DNA of 64,000 nt from Octopus vulgaris (GCA_951406725.2 OX597821.1:2790001-2854000), one strand, 5' to 3'; shown: positions 31,527 through 44,868, counted from the stretch's first letter. Notes: generated from the letters alone by a model not told the origin. Program-made: numbers and translations.

Positions 31527-31938
31527 ACACACATACACACACATTTATATAATACAAATAGATATTGAATGATATGTTCTCAATATTTACAACTCAATAA
31601 GAGATCTAACATACATGGGTTTTCATTCACACTATATATAGTAACTATATTCATTCACCAACATATGTATTAGTAGTGACATCATGGTATACGATTAAAC
31701 GATTGAAAATGAACATATTGAAAAGTTTTGTATTAAACACGATATCTTGAAGAAAATGAAGGTGGGATTTCTTACTGTTAGGAACTGAATTAGACACTAA
31801 TGTTTTTCTAAAGTACTGTAGATGTAATGAGCCCTAGGAAATCAAATTTGTTCAAATGCCAATGTTTTGCGCAATATTGACTGTGTTGTCTGAATGATTT
31901 TGCTTGTAGATACAACCTTGAAGACTGAGAAATAAGCA

Positions 31939-32115
31939 CTTCTTTCACTTACCGTCTACCAAATCCACTGAGAAGGCTTTGGTCGGCCCAAGTTTACATC
32001 GTAGAAGACACTTGCCCCAGGTGGTGCACAGTAGGAGTGAACGCAGAATCATATAGATGGGATTCCTGCTTCTTACTACACATATTGTGTACATATTAGC
32101 GGCATTTTTTCAATA
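31939..32115. repeat. Local duplicate of 38579-38753 (SINE head plus unique flank)
   Basis: Shared diagnostic variants (ccccaggtggtgcacagtaggagtgaacgca) and shared flank acatattgtgtacatattagcggca. Confidence 0.85.
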
Positions 32116-32239
32116 TATCGATCTGGGCATGTTTCTAGTCAGAGGTTCTGATATTGGCTCTGTTATTGTTTCGATGGAGATATAATTTGACTTGACAAAT
32201 TGCTATTTCTCAATCCAATATTTCAGCATGTTTGAGCTG

Positions 32240-32450
32240 TCTAGCTGGCAGAATCATTAGCAAGCCGTGCAAAATGTTTAGCAGGATTTCGTCCGTCTAT
32301 ATATTCTGAGCTAAAATGCCGTCTAAATCGACTTCGCCTTTTATACTTTCAAGGGCGATAAAATAAGTAGCAATTTTGGGAGCGAATGTCGTTGTGACCT
32401 ATCGCCTCCTCGAAAATTGCCGGCCTTGTGCTAAAGTTTGTAATCAGTAT
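32240..32450 (+). mobile_element. SINE, 'ggcgagctggcagaa' family
   Basis: agctggcagaatcattagcaagccgtgcaaaatgtttagc...ggccttgtgct. Confidence 0.75.
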
Positions 32451-32869
32451 TTCTGTATGTTATGTTAGAACCGGTTAAATCTTGTATTTTAAAATTCTGC
32501 GGAAAGTTTTACTAAGAATTCATAACAACTCTTGTAATTTTATGCTACGTTCAACGACTTAGTGACATATGAGAGCGGAAGTAACTCATCCTCGGATCTG
32601 CGCCGCATGTTTGAACTACTGTCGCCTGAATAAGATAAACAGAAAACCAGATAGTAATCTGATATCAGTCGAAAGATTAGATTTACTAATCAAAACAAGA
32701 AATGTGTTCTCCAATGCGATAAACTGATACCAATATTTCTATCATTAGGATTTGTTCGAACTGCATCTATAATTAAAATGTCACATGCTGGGAACAAACA
32801 CCTACTGTTATGCTTGCATCTTTAAATGAATTTCACCTCCAATATTTATGTGTGACATTTTAACAATAT

Positions 32870-33300
32870 AGGCGAAGGAGTGGCTGCGTGGTATGTAGTT
32901 TGCTTACCAACCAGGTGTTGAGTTCCAATGCGTGGCACCTTGGGCAAGTGTTTCCTACTATAGCCTCGAGCCGACCAAAGCCTTATGTGTGGATTTGGTA
33001 GACGGAAACTGAAAGATTCTCGTCGTATATATATATATATATATATAAGTATGTATGTATGTGTGTATGTATGTTCATGTATATGTTTGTGTGTCTGTGT
33101 TTGTCCCCCAACATCGCTTGACAACCGATGTTTGGTGTGTTTACGACCCCGTCAGTAAGTGGTTCAGCAAAGAGAGACCGATGGAATAAGTACTAGGCTT
33201 ACAAAGAATAAGTACTCAGGTCCATTTGCTCGATTAAAGGTGGTGCTCTACCATGGCCGCAGTCAAATAACTGAAACAAATAAAAGAATAAAAGAGTATC
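32870..33300 (+). mobile_element. Full-length CORE-like SINE with an internal microsatellite
   Basis: ggcgaaggagtggctgcgtgg head, accttgggcaagt, (TA)n, tail ending taaaagaataaaaga. Confidence 0.88.
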
Positions 33301-34998
33301 TTCATACAGTTTATCAGTAACCGAAGATTATAATCATTATTGCGTCACAGTACATACGTTTTCACAGTATATTCTCTACTTCTATTTCCCAGTCAAACTG
33401 ACATTCTCTTCCTCCTTTCACTGGGTAAGCTCAACATTTGTGAAGAATCGGCGAGGATGTTCATCGAACATATTCTCCACAGAAATGTGTAGAATATGTC
33501 GGATTTGAAATATCTTTGTTAAGAGGGTGATGGCGGCGAGCTGGCAGACTCATTAGATCGCCGGCAACTGACGGTCCTTTACGGCCTATATTCAAAAACT
33601 GTTATCGTTAAATTTGCATCTCATCCATACGAAATCAATAAAATAAAGTATTGCTCAAGTGCTGCTTTCGATGGTTTGACTAATTGTCTCCCCTGCATAA
33701 CTGTTGACTTTGTGCGTGAATTATAAACTATTAATTATTACTACATGGATCGGGATGGTGCACTGGCAGAACCGTTAGACTGTCGGACAAAATGCATTGT
33801 TTTAGATTCGTGTCCTTTGTAAGTTCCAACTGTGTTTACGCTCTCGAGAATGAAAGTCGGAATAGCAGTATCATATTCGTGTAATATCTATTTCCTCCCG
33901 CTAATAATATTAAAAATTATTTTTACCAAGAGAGTGAGAGATTATAAAACTTTGGTTAACTGCTTGCCATCATATTGTTTGATGGTTTAGTCGAGAGAAA
34001 TTGATTGTATTACATATGCATGCATTTGATTTGCACTTTATAATAAAAGTTCACGTCACTTTAACATTTAATAACATTGTAAAACACATGCAAAATATAA
34101 CAAATCAGCACCGGTCTTGTCCTACAGATTCTGACCTTTTTCTAATGCGAGAAATTATTATTAAGGCAATGTTAATATGATAAAAAGTGTAAAAACGTCG
34201 CTTCCTATGCTTAATGGCAAATATTTTTTCCTGCATGTAGTTTTATTTCGATTCATGCTGGGATCAATAAATTAAAACTATTCATTTACTGCTGTCTATA
34301 TAATCGATTATATTTCTCCATACAGTAAATTAATCTCCCGTTTAATCAAAAGAAATCATTATTACTGCAATAAAACACACCATAGGAATTTACATAACAC
34401 CATTTACAATTGAAACAAAGACGTCTATCTATCTAAAGTCGGAAAATAAAATGTGTTAATGTTCATGTATTTGCCAAATGCATTTGTATTTTAAGTGATG
34501 ATAAAATCCCGTCAGTGTAGTCGTGTAGTGAGAATGTCTGCTCCATAATTACGAGTGCCGTGTTCGTTCTCACTGCGTGATGTCCTAGGAAGTCCTATTC
34601 TCCAATAGTTTCGGATTTGTCAACGTAATCTACTAGAGAGCATTTATAGTAAAGAAATGTAGTGATTCCATTCTTAGACATATATAAACCATTTGTAGAG
34701 GGCCTGAAATTTTGTGGGAACGGGAATGTCGATTTCATTGAACTCAGTGATTAACGGATACTTATTTCAACGACCCGTAGTATGAAGTGCAAAGTCGAAC
34801 GTGGTGGGATTGAAACCTTGTTTTTAAAGACGGTGGAAATGCTGCAAAGCAGTTTGTCCAGCGTGCTAACGGTTTAACCATCTCACTGCTTACATTCACG
34901 CATGCATTCATGTATACATGAATGCATATATACATACATACGTACACAGAGTCATATATATATATACACATTTATGTAAGTATCTATATATCTATCTT

Positions 34999-35059
<61 letters not shown>

Positions 35060-35084
35060 TTATCTATCTATATGTCCGTCTGTT

Positions 35085-35465
35085 TGTGTGTAGGGTCAAG
35101 AGGCCCGCTATGAAAACTCATGGTTTTAGGTTCCTTCCAGTGTTCGACACGCGGAAAAGTGCCTTCAACTATTATGCCGAACGCTCCACTACTTGTGAGT
35201 GAATATGGTAGACGAAACTTGTGTAGAAGCCATTTTGGGTTCATACAGACACACGTGCGTACAAAAACGTATACACAGACACACACACACGCACATATAT
35301 ACGATGGGATTTTTCCAGTTTCTGTGTACAAAATCCACTCACAAGGCTTTGGTCGGCCCGAACCTATACCAGACTACACTCGCCTAAGCTTCCATGCCGT
35401 GGGACTGTACCCAGAACCATGTGATTGTTAAGCAGGCTACTTAGCACACAGTCACTCCTGCACAA
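35085..35465. mobile_element. Two CORE-like SINE 5' halves in opposite orientation (+ 35085-35240, - 35300-35465)
   Basis: Similarity to 32870-33025. Confidence 0.65.
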
Positions 35466-35762
35466 GATACGTGCAGTATTCCTTTATTCTTGTATTCTGT
35501 TACTTGTTTCAGCCATTTGACTGCGGCTATGCTGGAGCACCGACATTACATGGTGTTTTTTTGTAAAAGAAATCGACCCCGGGACATATTCCTTGTAAGC
35601 CTAGTAGGTTATTCTATCGAGCTCCGTTGCAGAAGCACTAAGTTATGGAGACGCACACTCACCAACATTGGTTGTCAAGCGATGAAGAGGGGACAGACAC
35701 AGACTCACACACACTCATACACTCACACTTACATACACGCACACACAAATATAAATGCAAAT

Positions 35763-35835
<73 letters not shown>

Positions 35836-35968
35836 AAAATAGTAAAGTGTGAAAAAACGACAGAAGGCTTAAATGTTAAAAAATATATATATTTGTGTCA
35901 AAATGTCTGGAGAATATTGGAAAAATTTTTTTTCCTTTCCTTAAAATGACATAATTTTAAAATTTTTA

Positions 35969-36008
35969 AAGAAATTACCGGTTTCGCGTGTAGCTTTTCA
36001 AATTTCTT
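35969..36008 (-). ncRNA. Type I minimal hammerhead ribozyme (U3-A8 variant), sense to the PLE ORF
   Basis: AAGAAAU UUGAAAA GC-UACAC-GC GAAACCGGUA AUUUCUU: 7-bp stem I, 2-bp stem II, palindromic stem III ACCGGU, GUA cleavage triplet. Confidence 0.85.
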
Positions 36009-36143
36009 GTGACGTTATGCTTATATTGCATGGAATTATCGTTGTTTTTATTTCCAGGAGATTTCTAAATAAGGGGAGGTAGTGAGTGATTTTTTCCGGT
36101 GTAGGGGAGATAATCGCTTAAAAATTTTTTTCCCATTTCCTTG

Positions 36144-38256
36144 TTAATTTCTCTGTGTCAGTATGTTCGGATGGTTGAGTCTGGGTTTGTACTTTTCAAT
36201 GAAGAATGTTTCCTTGTTCAGTCTCATTTGTGTTGATGATCCGAAAGAACATTGGTAAAATGGGAAGATTAAAAATTGTGGCAGTAGTTGCTTTGCGCAT
36301 TTCTCAATGTGCTCACTAAAAGGTATCATTCTATATTCTGGGAATGCAATCTGTTGTCGATGCAGTGTGCATCTGCGCCTGAGTGATAGTCCCGTGGAAC
36401 CCACGTAGTCTTGGTGGCAGCCCGAGCATTTAATAACATAAATTATGTTTTCAGAGGCACAAGTAAAGTTAGATTTGATCTTAAATTTCTGTCCCTCTTT
36501 AAAGAAGAATTCTGATCCTTCCAATAGGTTAGGACATGTTGCACAGTTCGATCTACCACATTTTTTTACTTTTGCATCCGTAATTTTAGAAGACAATTTT
36601 GCCTTTGTGAGAATCTTTTTAAGTGATTTAGGCTGTTTGTAGCTTTTAATGATTTGGTGTATGTTTAGAATTTCCTTTAATTTTGGGTTTTTATGAAGTA
36701 TTGGTAAATTCTGGGTGATGATGGTGAAGGCTTCTTTGTTTCTGGGGTTGTATGTAGATATGTAAGGTAGTATTTTCGGGGAAGGTGTGTTGTTGTGTTG
36801 AACTTTTCTTAAAGTTTCTATGTTGATTTCTGTTGCACGTCTGATCCCATCCTCTATGAGTTGAGCTGGGTAATGTCTGTCAATTAGGGTGTTTTTGAGT
36901 TCTTGCAGTCTAAAGTTCCTGGTATTTTGTTCTGACACTATTGTGCATATCCTTCTTGCAAGGTTGAAGGGGATGTTTGTTTTAGTGTGTCTTGGGTTGC
37001 ATGAATTAAAAAGAAGGTATTGTTTGGCGTCTGTGGCTTTGTAAAAAATGTCTGTTTCTATTTTAAGGTTAATTTTTTTAATTAGTATATCCAAGAACGG
37101 GAGCTCCTTTTGGTTGTATTCCATTGTGAACTGTATATTTGGGTTTATGCTGTTCAATAGGTTTTTAAATTTTAGGAGTTTATCTATGTTTTCATTCCAG
37201 AGAATGAAACAATCGTCTAGGAATCGTTTCCAATTCTCTTTTATGTATTGAGAGAGGGAGTTTCCAAAGATTGATAGAGATTCCTGGTAAATGATTATTT
37301 CCATGTATCCCATTGTTAAGTTCGCAATGACTGGTGCTGCCCTTGTACCCATAGCAATTCCGGATTTTTGACGGTAAAATGTATTGTCAAACATGAAGTG
37401 GTTATTGTGTAAGATGAATTCAATTGATTTAGTAATAAATTCCTTACTGATCCTTTTTGGTATTTCTTCCGGAAATTGGTCTAACCAGAATTGTATTGCC
37501 TCCAGTCAATAATTATGAGGTATACTGGTATACAAGTTGACTACATCAAATGAAACCAGGATTGTTTCTTCCTTGGTTTTTTTTTGGAAGGTCGTTTAAC
37601 ATATCTAAGTCATCTCTGATATGGCTATCGATATGTTTAAGGAAGGGTTTCAAGAGGATGTCCATAAGTAGACTTAGTCTGTGTGTTTCACAGGTTGGGC
37701 CAGCTACAATGGGTCGTAGTTTTAGGTCCCCCGGATTAGGTGTGTGTATGTATGTCTTTGGTGATTTTTTAATGGTTTCATTTATAATTTGACTTTTATG
37801 AATTTTTGGCAGACCATAGAAAAGGCTAGGTTTGCATTTAAAGTTTGTTAGGAAATCAATCTCTTTGGTTGTCAGTTCCTTTTCATGGGTTTTAATTAGT
37901 GAAGATAGAGTTTTCATTATTTTTTGTGGGGTGTAGTTGGTAATTTTTTCATAATGTAGGTCTTCATCAAGCAAGGAAATTACAAGATTTCTGTAGTATG
38001 ATGTATCCATTATTACAACTGCATTTCCCTTGTCCGCTTCCTTAATGGTTATATCTTCATCATTTTGGAGTTCTATCAGTTCTTTCCATTGTGTATTGTT
38101 AAAATTTGGGTTAGCTTTCTGTTTATGTATAGTATGGTAGGGGAAGTTCTCAATGTGGTTACAGAATTCGTCAAGATCTTTATTTCTTCCTCTGTGTGGG
38201 ATGTGTTCACTTTTGTTCTTGACAAGTGATTCATCTTCAGTATTGAAACTGTTCAC
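36144..38256 (-). pseudogene. PLE reverse transcriptase-GIY-YIG endonuclease ORF with one frameshift and one stop
   Basis: IKEADKGNAVVI, FYGLPKIHK, LRPIV, SFDVVNLYTSIP, GIAMGTRAAP, RFLDD, LPFLD, Zn finger CGRSNCATC...FTC, IIYVIKCSGCHQDYVGST. Frameshift in the A9 run (37577-37585); TGA at 37506-37508. Confidence 0.95.
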
Positions 38257-38329
38257 TACCTCCCCTTATTTAGAAATCTCCTGGAAATAAAAACAACGAT
38301 AATTCCATGCAATATAAACATAACGTCAC

Positions 38330-38369
38330 AAGAAATTTGAAAAGCTACACGCGAAACCGGTAATTTCTT
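38330..38369 (+). ncRNA. Identical hammerhead ribozyme in the inverted pLTR
   Basis: Same 40-mer on the plus strand; predicted cleavage after A38362. Confidence 0.85.
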
Positions 38370-41099
38370 TAAAAATTTTAAAATTATGTCATTTTAAGGA
38401 AAGGAAAAAAAATTTTCCAATATTCTCCAGACATTTTGACACAAATATATATATTTTTTAACATTTAAGCCTTCTGTCGTTTTTTCACACTTTACTATTT
38501 TCTTATATATTCACCCACGTGCTTTACCAAACAAACTTTCTTATCTATATATATATATATATATATATATACGACAGGCTTCTTTCATTTACCGTCTACC
38601 AAATCCACTCTGAAGGATTTGGTCGGCCCAAAGTTATATTAAAAGATACTTGCCCCAGGTGGTGCACAGTAGGAGTGAACGCACAATCATGTGGTTGGGT
38701 ATCATGCTTCTTACTACACATATTGTGTACATATTAGCGGCACTTTTTCAATAAGAAATATATTGTACTAATTAATTTTCTATTAGTTTTCCACCGACAA
38801 ATGAATAAAAATGCATCTTCCCACCACACTTGCAGCTCTAAATGTAGAACTAGCGACTATCCTGTTGAAAATCTGCTATCGATGACGTAATAATTCACAA
38901 AATATAAGAGTTTTAATGTATAAACAAATAAATGTATTACACTACTTTATTGAATTACTTTTGCAGTCACGAAATCTGGCAGAGCTTATCATTGCGTGAC
39001 TCTAATCACATTAATAATAGTTAGACGTTCCACGAAGTTTGCAAATTGTTATACATTCAAATCTGTTTAATATCTTACCGACATTCAGATTAATCTTCCT
39101 AATATTCTTCGAGTTTCTAAACAATTAAAGTGTGTTTTGTAAGTGATATTTCTTTCGAGACATGTATAATACTTTGAGAGAGTTTTGCCTGAAGTTAAAT
39201 ATGAAAGCCATTCGTATACACAATCTCTTTGTGTAATCAGATCCTTAAGGTGAATTATTATTTTGACAGCCTGTAAATTATTAATCCTATTTATATATGC
39301 GGAACCATGTGAAATACACGTACGCAGCAAGACAATCACAACGTTAGTTTTCTCTCTGTGGTTGCGAAATCACTGAATATACCAAGGAATTATCTATGAC
39401 TTGTTATTGATGAACGGAAATATGCTTCGAGGAAAATCATTTTATTATCCATGCTATATTGTTGAATCACCTTAATGAAATACCGTTGTTAATAAGGATT
39501 TACTTCATTCTTAATTATTTCATATTAATCAGGAAAATGAGTAAATGAATTGTCACAAATTGTGATTGTACGAATCGTAGGATACATATAGAATATAGAT
39601 CGTGTTTAAATGATACATATCTGATCAAACTACTTTCCTGAAGGTTTAGCAAATTTCTCCACATTTACAATTGAAAGTAACCGACATGTTGTGAGAGAAA
39701 CTTGTTAAAATGTTATGCCCTAATTCATCCATTCTAACGTTGTAGAATTAAATGTCTACCAGTCAAATAATTCTAGGACATATTTTCAAACACAAATAAA
39801 GTAGAAATGTTTCGGCTGCCTACCCTGCTTTTCTACTTGTCGTTCACTCACTGCTTGACAATCTCACACACCAAGCCACACCATTGTCACAACTAGAAAT
39901 GCTCTATTCTGTGTAGTTGAAATTATCTATGCAGTTATAACTACCGGAATTTATAAATATCTTTAGTAGTCATAACTGTCCAATTTTGTAAATGTGGCTC
40001 TGTACAAATTGATACTATTTACGGTCCAGTTATTGCCTCTACATAATTACTTATGCTAGTAAGTCTTTGCACGTTCTTCTGTTATAGTCCTTGTGAAATG
40101 AAGGTTTAAATATCGGGAGAATTAGATAAATTAAAAGATATACTTTACACCCATGCAAACTTGATTCAATAAAAAGCCCTGACAACAATGTATGGTTTTG
40201 GATATTAAATCAAACTTCTAGAATTACTCATGTAGATGCATAGTGAATTCTTTTATATATCCATGATTCATTTAATATATTCATTTATAACAAGGTGTTA
40301 AATTTAATGAGCTTCGAAAGATATAAATGTAATCAGCTGGTAACATACTAACGTTTGGGCTCACACTGGAGTGGTTGACACATAAAAGTTAGTGTCGAAT
40401 GAACAACAGATGATATACAGGCAAGATAAGAATGGACATGATCTCATAATTATTATTGTTTCCGTCAGTTGCAAATTTGACTAAAAGTATTAAAGAATAT
40501 TCTGCATTATAAAGCTCGTCAATATTCACGTCACAAATATTGACTGATATGTAAATATGATTTTGTGAAATAAAAAATGCCCGTTAAATTTATGATCTGA
40601 TTGTAATATTTATAACCAATATTTAAAGTCAGATGAATCGATTTTGTAAATCTTACTCTCATTAAATTGCAATGCCAATGGTACTGTACAAACGGACAGT
40701 GCAACAATTTATGAATTTTGCCTGCTTTATTATCATCGAGTTTAGCTGCAGCAGTTTTAAAATTTGGGCAAATGTTTTCGGATAAATCTATAAACAGCGT
40801 TTAAATAACTGGATGTAAAGCAAACTTAAATTCACTTTCGAATGAAGGAATTTTGTGCTACTCGTTTTTTTTCCCCCTAAAAAGAGATCAGTCAAGCTAC
40901 ATATTCGAGTATAAAAGTTTGTTGCCAAACAAACTAATCCGCGATAAAACCTTGTCAGATCATCGAATTTTCAAAGTATGAAGTTAATAATTTCATACTG
41001 AATTCAAATCCTGTATATGTATATATATCGAAAGCATACACATACACATACATACGTACGTATCTTGTATTTTTTAAATTATTATAAATCTTCCATTGA

Positions 41100-42075
41100 A
41101 AAGGGGGCCGGTTTCCAACAGAGCTACGCGGCTCAATCTTTTGGATGTAGTTAACACAGATAAATACCCATTTGGGACTTGAGAAAAGTATTGCAGATTG
41201 TTACTGTTCCACTCATAGATGGCAACTGTAATGTACGAATTAGCCAATTTCTCTTTCTGAATATCTCAGTTCTACTTTAAGCATTCACTAACAAAACCTA
41301 GTGATCTAATTATTATTGGTATGGATATGAATTCATAGTCTAGATATAGAAGCTGGAGGTTTCGAAGCAGATGTTCATAGATATCCTTATTTCCCTTGAT
41401 TTTCAAAGAGACACTTCTATCTGCAGGGCAGCTGACCTCTATGATGCTGCATACCTTTACCCCTCTGCCCCACACTATATTATCCGGCCTGTTATGTTTA
41501 CATTTGACTGAAATTTTGATGAGAATATTCCACCTGTATTTCTAGAGTTGGTGTTTATGGAAGGATTTTCTAAGTTTGTTTCAGGACAGGCTTTTTGAGG
41601 ATGACATTGTAAATTGCTTTAGCGGCAACATGGTGTCGCATATGGAAGTAGTACCGTGACGTCATTATAGGGCAAATGCTGATCACATACATGATATCTT
41701 CCAGAGAAACAGGGCATAGCCTGAACATACGGTTGCACCTTGGGATTACAAGAGCGTCACTGCCTCTCTTGTCCACTGGGAAGTTTGTGGCAATATCCTG
41801 TTCCTGGATTGCAATCGCTTTGCCTTCAAAGTGTGATGTGATGTAGTGGTCTTGTGTCCAAGAGAGGCTGTGATTCATGTCCATTCTACTGTCTTCTTCA
41901 AGTTTCAAGGCAACATACCCATGCATAGTCTTCTTTTTATGCTGAGTGGTCTGCATCCAGGTCTTCTCTGAGGTTAGAGAGCCCAGCAGTTTTGGGGTTG
42001 CATAAGAGATCATCAGGAAGAGAGTACTTCTTGAGGAACTCAATTCCACCGCGTATAATATTCCTCACTTCTCTT
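41100..42075 (-). pseudogene. Degraded RLE-type non-LTR retrotransposon (R4/Dong-related, distinct lineage E)
   Basis: SHFEGKAIAIQEQDIAT, RLC...YVISICP...RHHVAAKAIY, CSIIEVSCPAD, IPIIIRSLG. Confidence 0.8.
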
Positions 42076-42156
42076 TTCAACGCTGCATTTATATATTAAC
42101 TTTGGCTGGTGTTGTTCAACGGGTGCTGCCTAAGTGATACCATATATATACATACA

Positions 42157-42213
<57 letters not shown>

Positions 42214-42328
42214 TATATATATGTATATATATATATGTATATATACATATATGTATATATATATATATTTATATATACACACTTATACATATCTATACAT
42301 ACATATGTGTTTGTATGTATGTGTATGT

Positions 42329-42385
<57 letters not shown>

Positions 42386-43645
42386 CACGTGTTGGACAAA
42401 ATAATGGAAACATCTAGCATCGTAATTTTGAAATATCTGTAAATCGCCAAAAGCTTGTTTATTTTTATCATTTTTGATATATGACCATTGTTGCTTAATA
42501 TGTTTTGCTAAAATTCCTATTTCTCTTCAGATATCATCAGAAAAAGGTAATTAAAATTAATTAAGCTGACAGATCTATCGATCTTACAAAGAGGTAACAT
42601 TGTTGGTGCTCGTATGGCAGGCGCTAGCGTGACGAAAACAGCCACAATCTTTGGTGTCTAAAGAAGTACTATCTCGAAAATAGTGACAACCTTTTAGAAA
42701 GAGGGAAAAACCTCCTCGCCGAAACAAAACTCCGAAAGAAAACCAAAACTTTCAGATAGGGACCGTCGGACTCTTAAGCGAATTGTTAGAAACGTTCACA
42801 AAAGTACAGTTCCCAGAATAATGGCAGAGTTTAATGACCACCTCGAGAACACAGTTTCCACAAAAACTGTTCGCCGGGAGCTGTAATACCTGCATTTCAC
42901 GGGAGGGCTGCAATCACAAAACCACTACTTTCAAAAGCAAACATTGCAAAGCATTTTGAGTGGAGTAAAGACCTACACAATTGGCCCCTAGAGCAGTGGA
43001 AGGATGTTATTTTCTCGGACGAGTCATCCTTTGCCTTATTTCCAATCACCGGGCAAGTATACATGTGGAGACAGGCAAAAGAAGTATTTGATACAGACTG
43101 CCCTCTTCCAACTGTTAGAAATGGAGAAGGACTCTGATGAGCGATTGGGGGGCTATATCTTGGAAATCCGCTGACCCAATGATTTCCCTTCGTGGCAGAC
43201 TTAATAGTCAAGATGATTTAAGCATTTTATCTGATCAAATTCATCATATGGTTATAGAACTGTTTCCGGGGGGAGGGGGCAATCTTTCAGGATGATAATG
43301 CATCAATTCACGTAGCTAAATTTGTTACTTAATGGCACGAGGAACATTCTAGTTGAACAGCTTATCTCGCCATCACAGTCCCCAGATCTCAATATTATTG
43401 AACAGTTGTGATGCATTTTAGAAAAAAAATGTAAAGCACGATATCCTCCACCATCATCACTACAAGAACTGGAGACTGTTTTAGCTGAAGAATGGACAGT
43501 AATTCTTTTGGAAACAATTCAATGTTTGTACGAGTTCATGCCTCGTAGGATTTAATCTGTAATTACTGCCAAACGCGGTCCTAATCTCTATTAAAATACA
43601 TTTGCTTGAAAGTTTAGGTTGTTTCCATTATTTTATCCAACCCCG
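42386..43645 (+). mobile_element. Tc1-like (DD34E) DNA transposon, full length, inactivated transposase
   Basis: TIRs gttggacaaaataatggaaaca / tgtttccattattttatccaac within TA context. Translation gives HTH IVGARMAGASVTKTA, WKDVIFSDESSF, FQDDNASIH, SPDLNIIE, with stops and frameshifts. Confidence 0.93.
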
Positions 43646-43766
43646 TATATAAATATACATATAACTATAAATATAATATATATATATATATATGTATATA
43701 TTTGTCTATATACTATACATATATATATATATATATACATATATACACACATATATATAAATATAT

Positions 43767-43799
<33 letters not shown>

Positions 43800-44828
43800 C
43801 ATATATATTACTATAGATATATATGGATACATATGTGTTTGTGTGTGGTGTATGTGGGTGTGTATACATATGCATATAGCCTTATCTCTCGGTGACTTAA
43901 TTTTGTAATGGAACGTTTATTCTCTGCAGCAAAAGTAAGTATATATTCTGTAAATGTAAGCTACACCACAACCTGTAATTATTATCTCCTTTAGAATAAT
44001 ATTATCATTTTTTGATATGTCACCATGTACTATATCATTTAAGAAATCATTAAATAAATCAGTACGTTCCCAGCATATGCAACATAAATACTCGAAGACA
44101 ACTAAGGAAAAAATACGAAATTCCTGCAAATGTTAGATATATACGAATTTAGGTTATTTTGATGTAACTTTATTATAGGTTATATCAACTGGATTAAGAA
44201 TGTTCGGTGCAATAATGTCACTTTTGTTTTTGGCTTCGTACATTCTATCACATATTGGACTTCAACTGATGGTTATCTTCCTTCATTCGTAGAAATATAT
44301 AATTTAAATTGGCATATTATTGCAGAAAATGTTAGTGCTGATTTATTTATTTACGTTTATATATTCATGTTATATTTTCACCATTTTAAAATAATATCGT
44401 ACATTTCCGTTTTTACATTTCGCCGGCTAGATGCGAAGGTATATATCCCCCCCCCCCATTAATAATGTTTTTTTTAGTACATGCTTTCCGATCGCTTTCC
44501 GATATAATACTATATCATTTTACTGATTCTGTTGGAATAATATGTACAGTGAAAGTGCTGTACATAGGTTCGGGATACATATCTCAACAACTTTCATTTA
44601 TGTCGTGATAGCTTTGGAGTTTTCCAGACAGATATTTAATTTTCAATAGGACTGGTGAAACAGCGATACAACGCGGATATAGTAATAGCAAAGTGTAACT
44701 ACAACAACAAATTAACCGTTGTGAGACCTTCGGTATCATTTAGCATTATGAAAGTTCTGCAGTTTTGTTGGATATATTTCATTTGCTTGTATATTCTAAT
44801 GGGAAAGTTACTTTAGATATATTTTCGC

Positions 44829-44867
<39 letters not shown>

Positions 44868-44868
<1 letters not shown>

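Larger units (their letters stand above)
35827..38545 (-). mobile_element. Penelope-like element (Neptune type) with inverted pseudo-LTR
   Basis: ~258-bp inverted repeat 35827-36085 / 38253-38510 (two differences seen); RT and GIY-YIG ORF between the arms; (TA)n on both flanks. Confidence 0.95.
35485..38720 (-). mobile_element. CORE-like SINE split by the Penelope-like element (3' half 35485-35770, 5' half 38570-38720)
   Basis: The halves join colinearly with the intact copy at 21750-22125; the break falls in the SINE's internal (TA)n. Confidence 0.8.

Noticed and set aside
43917-44129. Minus-strand ORF with a good acceptor (ctaacatttgcag)
   Set aside because: No clear donor and no recognisable homology; cannot be distinguished from chance
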